From NCBI GenBank assembly GCA_009924895.1, contig RFQR01000007.1, positions 1-63,710 of the forward strand: a DNA stretch of 63,710 bases, read 5' to 3'. The notes below the pieces were generated by a model. It was not told the DNA's origin, made no database searches, and was given only the letters and a program-made list of their open reading frames with translations. Shown here piece after piece: positions 19,371 through 27,867 of the stretch (position 1 is the first letter of the stretch; each line of letters begins with the position of its first letter). The position numbers were made by a program, and so were the translations under genes. The DNA is from a bacterium. GTDB taxonomy: Bacteria; Patescibacteriota; Minisyncoccia; Phycocordibacterales; UBA2100.

Positions 19371-20294
19371 ATGATGCGAAAAAAGGTTATTGATCTACGC
19401 GGTAAAAAACCGCAGCCTCGTGTGCTGCCGGTGAAGAAGGTTGTTGCGCGTACGCGCTCGACCTCGCCGCTTCATCGTAAGCGTATTCACAAGCATACGG
19501 TTCTGGTTTTATCGTTTGCGACCGTGCTTGTTTCTTTGGTGGGGTGCGTCTCTATTATTTCGTACTTGCCTGCACTCACAGTTACCTCGGTTGCCGTCAC
19601 AGGAAGCGATCGGGTACCAGAGAGACTTGTGCGTGCCCAAGCAGAAGCGTCGGTGTATGATTCCGGGTACTCTTTTTTGTCTCCAAGTAATATTTTTCTT
19701 GTCTCGCCAGAACGTATAGCTCAGAGCATTCGTTCGAACATACCACGCTTGAAAGAGGTGAGCGTCTCACGCACGTCGCTTTTTGCACAAGCGTTGCAGG
19801 TTACGGTGACAGAGCGAACGGCGTACGCTCGGTGGTGTGAGAGTATTCACGAGTGCTACCTTATTGATGATCAAGGGTTCATTTTCTCTCGCTACAGCAC
19901 TGCTGATACGATAGCAACCAACTATAGTTTTTGGGGAGGGATAGATTCATCCGTGCCCCTTGGTTCAACCATTGACTCCGCTCGATTTTCTCGCGCAAAG
20001 GAAGTTTTGGTGTTGCTCACCAAGTATCGCTACCAACCTGACCGCATCATTTTTTCTGCAGACGCGTTTGACGTTGTATGTGATGACTTTACGATCAAGG
20101 CGTCCTTTGACGAAACCCCCGAAATGACGGTACGTAATCTGGAACTCGCGCTGTCATCTCCCTCGATGCGGAGCTTACGAAACATTGAATATATAGACCT
20201 CCGATTTGGAAATCGCGTCTATTTCAAGCAGCGTGCCGCAGTCCCTTCTGTGCAACCTGTCGCAACGAGTACCGCCGTTGACACCGAGGAATAA
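19371..20294 (+). CDS. FtsQ/DivIB-like protein (POTRA)
   Basis: Basic N-terminus, one TM, POTRA-like region, EYIDLRFGNRVYFK. Confidence 0.8.
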   Translation: MMRKKVIDLRGKKPQPRVLPVKKVVARTRSTSPLHRKRIHKHTVLVLSFATVLVSLVGCVSIISYLPALTVTSVAVTGSDRVPERLVRAQAEASVYDSGYSFLSPSNIFLVSPERIAQSIRSNIPRLKEVSVSRTSLFAQALQVTVTERTAYARWCESIHECYLIDDQGFIFSRYSTADTIATNYSFWGGIDSSVPLGSTIDSARFSRAKEVLVLLTKYRYQPDRIIFSADAFDVVCDDFTIKASFDETPEMTVRNLELALSSPSMRSLRNIEYIDLRFGNRVYFKQRAAVPSVQPVATSTAVDTEE

Positions 20295-20312
20295 AAGCGA
20301 GACAGTGCCGCT

Positions 20313-21287
20313 ATGCAATCATTGTGGGAACAACTGCCGCGGCCCTTTTTTGTTCAGGCGCCTCTTGAAGATGTAACCGACGCCGCTTTTCGTCGGATGT
20401 TTGCACTCCACGGCAAGCCGCATGTGATGTGGACTGAGTTTACCTCTGCAGATGGTCTTGTGCTTGCGCAGGGGAGCGGGCTCGAAAAGCTCCGAGCAAA
20501 ACTGCGCTTTTCTGAAGATGAACGACCAATTGTTGCGCAGCTCTTTTCGGCAGTACCGGAGCGCATGAAGGCCGCCGCATCCGTGGTGCGCGAACTCGGC
20601 TTTGATGGTCTTGATATCAACATGGGGTGTCCTGATTTATCAGTCGAGAAGGGCGGTGCAGGTGCTGCGCATATCAAGAATCCCGAGAGGGCGTCTGAGA
20701 TTATCGCAGCGGCAAAGGAGGGAGTGGGGAACGCAATCCCCGTCTCGGTTAAAACCCGCCTTGGTTACAACGTCGATGAGGTTGAAACGTGGATTCCTCT
20801 CATTCTCAAGCAAAACGTTGCCGCGCTCACGGTGCATGCGCGTACTCGCAAAGAAATGTCACTCGTACCCGCGCGGTGGGAGCGACTCGCTCGTGTAGTA
20901 GAGCTTCGCGACGCAATCGCTTCTCAGACGCGCATCATCGGAAACGGAGATGTTACCTCGCTCTCCGATGCAAAAACGCGTGCATACGAATCGGGAGTCG
21001 ACGGGGTTATGGTGGGTCGTGGCCTTTTTGGTAACCCATGGTTTTTTACGGGATACGCGGCCTCGCCGCACGAGCGAATAACCGCACTTGATGAGCATCT
21101 GCACTATTTTGAAAAAGAGCTTACGGGTATTACCAACTATGCAACCATGAAAAAGCATTTCAAAGCGTATATCTCAGGATGGGACGGGGCACGAGAACTT
21201 CGCGCACTGCTTATGGATACACATTCAGTCTCTGAGGCGCGATTGGTGCTCACCGATGCGATTGAGGCGCGTGGAAAGAAGGAATGA
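20313..21287 (+). CDS. dus: tRNA-dihydrouridine synthase
   Basis: APLEDVTD, DINMGCP, SVKTRLG, TVHART, IGNGDV. Confidence 0.95.
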   Translation: MQSLWEQLPRPFFVQAPLEDVTDAAFRRMFALHGKPHVMWTEFTSADGLVLAQGSGLEKLRAKLRFSEDERPIVAQLFSAVPERMKAAASVVRELGFDGLDINMGCPDLSVEKGGAGAAHIKNPERASEIIAAAKEGVGNAIPVSVKTRLGYNVDEVETWIPLILKQNVAALTVHARTRKEMSLVPARWERLARVVELRDAIASQTRIIGNGDVTSLSDAKTRAYESGVDGVMVGRGLFGNPWFFTGYAASPHERITALDEHLHYFEKELTGITNYATMKKHFKAYISGWDGARELRALLMDTHSVSEARLVLTDAIEARGKKE

Positions 21288-21346
21288 CACCGTGTATCGG
21301 CGTGCTATGGTACAGAGCAGTTCAACACCAACGTGAGGAGTCAGCC

Positions 21347-21568
21347 GTGTTTGAACACTGCTTTCTTGAAGATATGTGAATCTTGGATCGAATGCTCGGT
21401 GCATGCGCACGTTTGCAGAGCACTCAACAAAAAGTAAGCGCAGCGTCTATTGCCTCTGAACTTGAGTTGAGTATCTGGAGCACGCTGTATGCAATTTCAT
21501 TTCATAAAGCGTGGGGAATGCTGGGTCTTGACCGTGACGTTGAATGCGTAGGACCACATCGCACCTAA
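21347..21568 (+). pseudogene. Orphan small gene with in-frame TGA at 21377-21379 (weak HTH-like)
   Basis: SD GAGGAG + GTG, 10 codons, TGA, then 62 more in-frame codons. Confidence 0.45.
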
Positions 21569-21684
21569 TGATTAGCATGTACCCTGTGAAAAGCACCGCC
21601 AAAGAGCGCCGCTTTTGCTCATTTACTTTTTCATAAAATATGCTTTAATTTCATTTAGAAGAAACCGCAACCAGGAGTATACGC

Positions 21685-21882
21685 ATGCTCAGAAAACAGC
21701 TACGACGGCCTGCTGTTCAGTTTTTGCTCGCGATCGTGATCGGCATCTTCGTCACACTCGGGGTAACTGCGTACTTCGGCCCTGTAGCAGGCTTTACCTG
21801 CGCTATTATCTCGGCACTTCTCAATTGCTACATCCTGTTTTCTATGGGATTTCTCTTATTTGAGCCGGAGGATGGGGCCTAA
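21685..21882 (+). CDS. Small membrane protein (2 TM)
   Basis: SD AGGAG; perfect 11-bp hairpin at 21888-21916. Confidence 0.6.
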   Translation: MLRKQLRRPAVQFLLAIVIGIFVTLGVTAYFGPVAGFTCAIISALLNCYILFSMGFLLFEPEDGA

Positions 21883-21932
21883 AGATAAGGGGCGTCTCAC
21901 TGCGCGAGACGCCCCTCTGCTATACTATTGCC

Positions 21933-22979
21933 ATGTCAAAAAAGCCCGAATCTAAATATACAACGCTCTACCGTGAGTACCGCCCCGCGGTCTTTAACGA
22001 AGTGCAAGGACAAGATCATATCGTCTCGGTGCTTGAGTCGGCGATACATAAAAAAAAGATTTCTCATGCCTATCTTTTTTCGGGTGGTCGTGGAACGGGG
22101 AAAACCTCGGTTGCGCGTATTTTCGCCCGTGCTCTTGGGGTAACCGACAAAGACATGATTGAAATGGATGCTGCTTCAAATCGCGGTATTGATGATATTC
22201 GCGAACTGCGCGAGGGCGTGTATGCCATGCCATTTGAATCTCCGTACAAGTGCTATCTGGTTGATGAGGCGCACATGCTTACCAAAGATGCGTGGAATGC
22301 ACTTCTCAAAACGCTGGAAGAGCCGCCCGCACATGCACTGTTTATTCTTGCAACGACCGAAATCGATAAAGTACCCGACACGATTCGCTCGCGCTGCGAA
22401 GTGTATGCATTTAAGCAACCAACCCGAGAAATGCTTGCGGACACAATTGTGGCGGTTGCAAAAAAAGAAAAGTATACGATGGAGCGTTCAGCCGCAGAAT
22501 TGGTAGCGCTCCTTGCAGAAGGGTCATTTCGTGACGCGTTATCTATTTTGCAAAAAGTTCTCACGGTAGCCGAAGAGACAAAAGTGACCCTCTCTCATGT
22601 TGAGTCGGTTACCGGCGCGCCTCGCGGGGAATTGGTTCGTTCATTTGTCAAAGCAATTGCAGAAAAGGATGCGCCTCGTGCTCTTCGGTGTATTACCGAG
22701 GCAGTGCAGAACAATATCGATATACGCATCTTTAGCCGTCTTATTCTGCAGCGCCTGCGCGTTGTGTTGTTACTGCGTTTTGCACCCGATCTTGCAGACG
22801 AACTATCTCGAGAACTCTCCGAAGCTGACACCACTCTTGTACACACGCTTTCAAAGAACCCATCCGTCACCTCAGAGACTATAAAAATTATGCTTGAAGC
22901 CTATGCAACCATGGCAGTTGCTGCGCTCCCACACCTGCCGCTTGAACTCGCTGTCGTGGATATGTGCAAAAAAATATGA
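21933..22979 (+). CDS. dnaX: DNA polymerase III gamma/tau (short form)
   Basis: LYREYRP, GGRGTGKT, EMDAASNRG, DEAHML, SRC. Confidence 0.95.
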   Translation: MSKKPESKYTTLYREYRPAVFNEVQGQDHIVSVLESAIHKKKISHAYLFSGGRGTGKTSVARIFARALGVTDKDMIEMDAASNRGIDDIRELREGVYAMPFESPYKCYLVDEAHMLTKDAWNALLKTLEEPPAHALFILATTEIDKVPDTIRSRCEVYAFKQPTREMLADTIVAVAKKEKYTMERSAAELVALLAEGSFRDALSILQKVLTVAEETKVTLSHVESVTGAPRGELVRSFVKAIAEKDAPRALRCITEAVQNNIDIRIFSRLILQRLRVVLLLRFAPDLADELSRELSEADTTLVHTLSKNPSVTSETIKIMLEAYATMAVAALPHLPLELAVVDMCKKI

Positions 22980-23740
22980 CAAACAAAAAAATAACAACGT
23001 GGGGGCATGTAGCGCAGTGGTACGATGCGCATTTGCAAGAGGAAGATACCTATCATGCAAAGGTAATTTTGCCGAATCTTATGCGCCTTGTCGGGCGAGG
23101 GAATGGAAAGAAAGCACTTGATATCGCCTGTGGTCAGGGCTATTTTACGCGTGCGCTCGGTAAAAATGGGTTTGATGCTCATGGGGCGGACATAGCGCCC
23201 GAGCTTATCGAACAGGCACAAAAATACTCTAATGAGCATGGACAGTACACCGTTGCACCAGCAGAAAAACTTCCATTTTCGGCGCATCGTTTTGAAGTGG
23301 CTACCTGCGTTTTGGCGCTTCAAAATATTCGCGATCTTCCTGCGGCGGTGACAGAGGCTTATCGTGTGCTTGCCCCAGGCGGTCAATTCATAGCGGTCCT
23401 TAACCATCCTGCATTCCGTATCCCTAAACACAGCTCGTGGGGGTGGGACAATGAACATCGTACACAGTACCGTCGGCTTGATGCGTACATGTCAGAGTCA
23501 CACGCTGATATTGAAATGCACCCAGGAAAAGATAAGGAAGTCTCTACGGTGTCGTATCACCGACCACTCCAAGTGTATATAAAGACGCTCGTAAAGGCGG
23601 GCTTTGTCGTCACTGGTTTTGAAGAATGGATTTCGCATAAAGTAAGTGAAAAGGGACCGCGACAGGGAGCAGAGGACAAGGCGAGAAAAGAGTTTCCATT
23701 CTTTCTTTGTCTTGTTGCAACAAAAAGCTATAAAAAGTAA
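22976..23740 (+). CDS. Class I SAM-dependent methyltransferase
   Basis: LDIACGQG motif; ATGA overlap with the dnaX stop. Confidence 0.9.
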   Translation: MTNKKITTWGHVAQWYDAHLQEEDTYHAKVILPNLMRLVGRGNGKKALDIACGQGYFTRALGKNGFDAHGADIAPELIEQAQKYSNEHGQYTVAPAEKLPFSAHRFEVATCVLALQNIRDLPAAVTEAYRVLAPGGQFIAVLNHPAFRIPKHSSWGWDNEHRTQYRRLDAYMSESHADIEMHPGKDKEVSTVSYHRPLQVYIKTLVKAGFVVTGFEEWISHKVSEKGPRQGAEDKARKEFPFFLCLVATKSYKK

Positions 23741-23806
23741 TACGAGAACGGCGGGCTCCTTGTTTTTATGCCAATTATCGAGCATCATTGTCAGTGTTTG
23801 AAACGC

Positions 23807-23877
23807 TGCCGGATCGTCTAATGGTAGGACATCGCCCTTTGGAGGCGAGTATCTTGGTTCGAATCCAAGTCCGGCAA
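23807..23877 (+). tRNA. tRNA-Gln (TTG)
   Basis: Acceptor TGCCGGA/TCCGGCA, anticodon loop CTTTGGA. Confidence 0.95.
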
Positions 23878-24050
23878 CACGAGGAGTGTAACGACGAGAG
23901 TCACCGAAAGAAATGTGTTGAACACATTTCGTCTTGGATTCGAAGCCCGGAGCGATGTTGCGCGAGTACGCGCAACCGCGAGGGCAGGTCCGAGCAAATT
24001 TTTGCCTGACGAGGCAAAAATTATGCAGGGCTAATCCAAGTCCGGCAACA
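23862..24050. mobile_element. Small non-coding insert bounded by an exact 18-bp repeat of the tRNA-Gln 3' end
   Basis: aatccaagtccggcaaca at 23862-23879 and 24033-24050; three internal hairpins; inverted T-arm copy at 23933-23944. Confidence 0.7.
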
Positions 24051-24165
24051 AGCGAGAGAAGGCGAGCTGCAGCGACTGAACGCGAGTGAAGAAGTGCCAA
24101 AGCACAGCAGTGCGTGGTATGCCTTTGCCAGCAGGCGGCGGGTACAAGCGAGCGAAGGCGAGCTG
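24048..24165. repeat. Second module bounded by a 22-bp direct repeat (1 mismatch)
   Basis: acaagcgagagaaggcgagctg at 24048-24069 vs acaagcgagcgaaggcgagctg at 24144-24165. Confidence 0.7.
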
Positions 24166-24194
24166 TTTTTTTGTAAAGACGTATAATAATCAGA

Positions 24195-24701
24195 ATGAAA
24201 CAAAAAAATACCATCGCGCTTACGATCCTTCTTTTTGCGACTATTTTATGGCTCTACATGGAGTATGCGATTACGGGCGTTCCTATACCTGAGCCGGTTG
24301 CTGCACCTCAAAAACAGCATGTGGAACTGATCACAACAAGCGCGCCAGAGCGCACCCTACCTGCGGTTACGCAAAAGCCTGTGACTCAAAAAACAAAGCC
24401 CATACTCCCGAGTCAGAGCACATCAACTGCGACGACATCCACTCCAGCAAAGGCTATCGCGCCGCTCCCAACTACCTTTAACATGCAGACGCTTGCTCAA
24501 TATGATGGCTCAGACCCGAGTCTCCCGATTCTCATTGCCTTTGAAGGAAATGTGTATGACGTGACGCCCGGGAGATCTTTTTACGAACCAGGAGCCGGGT
24601 ATCATTTTCTTGCCGGGACTGATGACACAAAACTACTGCAAGTAATCGGAGGGGATATTATTAAAAGAAAATATAAAGTAGTGGGCGCGTTTACGCAGTG
24701 A
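24195..24701 (+). CDS. Cytochrome b5-like heme/steroid-binding protein (MAPR-like)
   Basis: LAQYDGSD..ILIAFEGNVYDVT..FY..GAGYHFLAG. Confidence 0.85.
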   Translation: MKQKNTIALTILLFATILWLYMEYAITGVPIPEPVAAPQKQHVELITTSAPERTLPAVTQKPVTQKTKPILPSQSTSTATTSTPAKAIAPLPTTFNMQTLAQYDGSDPSLPILIAFEGNVYDVTPGRSFYEPGAGYHFLAGTDDTKLLQVIGGDIIKRKYKVVGAFTQ

Positions 24702-24734
24702 TATGGCACTCTCTGCACAATGAGGGCGTTGTGA

Positions 24735-24763
24735 TTGACATTTTGTATAGTAATGAGTATAGT
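24735..24763 (+). promoter_or_regulatory. sigma70 promoter TTGACA-N17-TATAGT
   Basis: Near-consensus boxes upstream of SD AAGGAG and ATG 24791. Confidence 0.7.
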
Positions 24764-24790
24764 ATTTCAGGTCAAACCAAGGAGAAGACC

Positions 24791-25564
24791 ATGCGTCGAC
24801 TAACTCTGGCCGTGTCGTCACTAGTCGTTGCAGCTCCTGCGTGGGCGCAGCAAGAATATCGTTTCTGTGGCGGTCTTGAGAAAGACCGTGATGCAAGTAG
24901 GATTGAAAGGTGTATCAGTGAAATGAAGGATCAGATCGAGCGACTCCAGCGAGAGAAAAGTGAACACCAAACTGCACTTACTGATGCCTGGGACATTTTT
25001 CGCGACCCTGTCTCAATCGTCAACTATCTCGTCATGGCCGATGTTCGTGCCGCTGTCGCACATTCCGAACCGGTATGGCGCGTTGGCCAAGAACAGCTCG
25101 CCACAACAGAACGAAGGCTGGATCCGAGCGGAAATCGCCTCGCAAGGCAGGTTTTGCGGGCATTTATCGCCAATCCAGTGACGTTCGCGCAGCTCGAGCC
25201 GCAATTTCGCGCCCGAGTGCTCAAGCAGGTGTATGAAGCTGGTGCACAAGGTGCGGTTCTGGATATCTTGGAACACATCAAGCCAGTCTTGGAAAAACCA
25301 CTTGATCCTGTTCTTGCGCACAAAGGAAACGAATGGCTCTTGAAGACAAGATGTACTTCAGAAGAAGGAAAAACCGAGCAGGCGTGTACGTCATCGCCGT
25401 TCCTGCGGGAGTTTAAGCAGTACTATGGTATTGAGCCAACGTTCGATACCGTGTACACCGTTGGGTTTCTGTGGCGTCGCGCACTCGATCATCGAGAGTT
25501 GTCCAAGTTGGTGCAAGAATCGGTACTCAAACTCATGAACGATCTTCAGGCTCCGAAGAATTGA
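24791..25564 (+). CDS. Secreted orphan protein
   Basis: Signal peptide ending AWA; own promoter, SD and 13-bp hairpin terminator (25570-25600). Confidence 0.75.
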   Translation: MRRLTLAVSSLVVAAPAWAQQEYRFCGGLEKDRDASRIERCISEMKDQIERLQREKSEHQTALTDAWDIFRDPVSIVNYLVMADVRAAVAHSEPVWRVGQEQLATTERRLDPSGNRLARQVLRAFIANPVTFAQLEPQFRARVLKQVYEAGAQGAVLDILEHIKPVLEKPLDPVLAHKGNEWLLKTRCTSEEGKTEQACTSSPFLREFKQYYGIEPTFDTVYTVGFLWRRALDHRELSKLVQESVLKLMNDLQAPKN

Positions 25565-25641
25565 TTGCTGCAGGCAACTTCCATATGGGAAGTTGCCTGC
25601 TTGTTTTTGAGTACGTTGTCTAACGCGGTAGTATGGTATGC

Positions 25642-26001
25642 ATGGCAACCCTCTTCCCCGAACGTAAGAAGCCAAAACCAATACCGAAAGTTACCTTTAG
25701 TGAACGCGTGGTAAAACTCGCGCTCTCCATTCCATCTGGCAAAGTAACTACGTATGGCGCACTTGCTCGCGCCGCGGGAGGCGGCGCGATGGCATCGCAG
25801 AGTATCACGAATATTTTAGGGAAAGCCCATAAAAATGGTGAGACGCGGATTCCATTTCATCGCATTGTCTACAGTGACGGCAAAATTTGGACTTCACCGC
25901 GCTATCATGCAAAGCGCATGGCACTCTATAGAAAAGAGGGAATACAAGTCGACAAACAAAACCGGATTATTGATTTCCGAGACAGCCTGTTTGAGTTTTG
26001 A
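25642..26001 (+). CDS. Alkyltransferase-like / MGMT C-terminal-domain protein
   Basis: IPSGKVTTYGALA and IPFHRIV (Phe in place of the catalytic Cys of PCHR). Confidence 0.88.
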   Translation: MATLFPERKKPKPIPKVTFSERVVKLALSIPSGKVTTYGALARAAGGGAMASQSITNILGKAHKNGETRIPFHRIVYSDGKIWTSPRYHAKRMALYRKEGIQVDKQNRIIDFRDSLFEF

Positions 26002-26046
26002 GACTCAAAATGAAGCGAGTTCTGCGTATAGCAGCACTCGCTTTTC

Positions 26047-26450
26047 TCATCCAGGGTCTTTTTCCCATACCTTTTCATCTGTGCCGCGAATGGAGGTGTG
26101 TGCCATCGGCGCGGCAATGAGCGTCACGCTGACTTTGAATTTTCCGAGGCGCTCAAACTGGCAGGTATCGACATACTATTCTCGCACACCACGTGCAATT
26201 TTTCTGCAATATCCGTTCGCTGTCTGAGAATATAGTCTTGCCCGTCGATCCAGATGTATGGTTCGATGTGATCAGAAAAGAAGTGTACTTCGTGAAGCGC
26301 TCGTTCTCTCGTAAGGATGTCGACATCAACAACCATTTCGCGGCCATCAGGTATGAGGCCTTTTCGGATGATAGGTCTCGTTTCGTCGAGCAGAGATTTT
26401 AGCTCTTACGGGTGCATGTACCCATGAGCAATAAATGCAAGAGCACGCAT
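26047..26450 (-). pseudogene. Decayed orphan gene
   Basis: SD GGAGG + ATG 26450, TAA at codon 15, apparent 1-nt loss in an A-run near 26200, in-frame TAG, end TGA 26047; hairpin at 26011-26041. Confidence 0.5.
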
Positions 26451-26524
26451 AGTGAGCCTCCGTGTTGCGACTGAGGACAAACCTACCATATGCACCGGTA
26501 GAAATACAGACGTATACTAGAAGC

Positions 26525-27775
26525 GTGATAGCGCAACCCTATGCAAGAAAAGAAAAAGCAATCCTCCACATGGACGGGGATGCGTTTTTTGTAGGGGTGG
26601 AAGTAGCAAAGAATCCAAAGCTCCGAGGGTTACCAGTTGTAACCGGGGAAGAGCGCGGTATTGCAACAGCAATGTCGTATGAAGCGAAAGCACTCGGTGT
26701 CACGCGCGGCATGCCCGTATTTCAAATCAAAAGAGAATTTCCGCAGGTGCGCATCCTGCCGGGGGACTATAAATCGTATGTTCAGTACTCGGGAAAGATG
26801 TTTGATATCGTGCGTCGGTATACCGACGACGTGGAGGAGTACAGCATTGATGAGTGTTTTGCAGACATCACTGGATGGGACAAACCACTAAAACTTTCAT
26901 ACTTCGATATTGCGAAAAAAATACAGAAAGAGATTCAGAAAGAATTAGACATTTCTGTCTCTATCGGTGTAGCGCCGACCAAAGTGCTTGCAAAAGTTGC
27001 TTCAAAGTTGAAAAAGCCACACGGACTCTCTGAGATTACCAGCGAGAGCCGACTCGACTTTTTGAGAGAAGTGCCGATAGAAAAGGTGTGGGGAATTGGT
27101 CCACACACTACAGTCAAGTTACACAAGAAGGGAATTAAGACTGCTGCGGACTTTGCGGCAAAACCACATGCGTGGGTACATGATTCTTTCACCAAGCCCT
27201 ATGAAATGATATGGCGCGAGCTCAACACTGAATCGGTGATGCCAATTGACCCATCACTCAAGACTGTGTATGCCTCCATTCAAAAAACGCGTTCATTTCA
27301 TCCTGCAACAAGCGATAAGAGGTTCCTGTTGTCGCAGATTTCAAAACACATAGAGAATTCCTGTGCAAAGGCGCGTCACTATGCACTGATTCCACGCAAG
27401 ATTTCTCTCTACCTCAAGACCAAGCAATTTACCTACCACAGGCACACTATCCCGCTGACACATTCCACCAATGCTCCTGAGATTCTTATTGCACTCGCTG
27501 AGAAGTATTTTTCAGAAATCTTTGACTCTAAGATGCTCTATCGCGCAACGGGAGTGACGCTTCATGAGCTTCTACCAGAGAGTGCGGGGCAGGGAGATTT
27601 ATTCGGCGAAACAATTCGTGCACGAAAATTTCAAGCACTTCACCATCACCTCGATACATTAGAACAAAAACAGGGGAAGCGCATGGTGCACCTTGCTTCA
27701 ACCCAAGCAGCGTTGAATCACAAAGCGGGTGGGACTGACTCGGATGACTTGGATCGAAATCTGTTGTTTCTATAA
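26525..27775 (+). CDS. dinB: Y-family DNA polymerase (DinB/Pol IV-like)
   Basis: HMDGDAFF, SIDECFAD, SIGVAPTKVLAK, VWGIG; start likely GTG 26525. Confidence 0.92.
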   Translation: MIAQPYARKEKAILHMDGDAFFVGVEVAKNPKLRGLPVVTGEERGIATAMSYEAKALGVTRGMPVFQIKREFPQVRILPGDYKSYVQYSGKMFDIVRRYTDDVEEYSIDECFADITGWDKPLKLSYFDIAKKIQKEIQKELDISVSIGVAPTKVLAKVASKLKKPHGLSEITSESRLDFLREVPIEKVWGIGPHTTVKLHKKGIKTAADFAAKPHAWVHDSFTKPYEMIWRELNTESVMPIDPSLKTVYASIQKTRSFHPATSDKRFLLSQISKHIENSCAKARHYALIPRKISLYLKTKQFTYHRHTIPLTHSTNAPEILIALAEKYFSEIFDSKMLYRATGVTLHELLPESAGQGDLFGETIRARKFQALHHHLDTLEQKQGKRMVHLASTQAALNHKAGGTDSDDLDRNLLFL

Positions 27776-27867
27776 ACGTTGAATGGTGTTGGAACTGCTA
27801 TGTAATTTTGACAGAGGTAAATTTTTATGGTAGTAAAAAAAGAGAGAAAACAAAGGGAGTCTCGACG

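Noticed and set aside
23862-24165. CRISPR array
   Set aside because: Two different repeat pairs, only two copies each, unequal spacers of 153 and 74 bp, and no cas genes.
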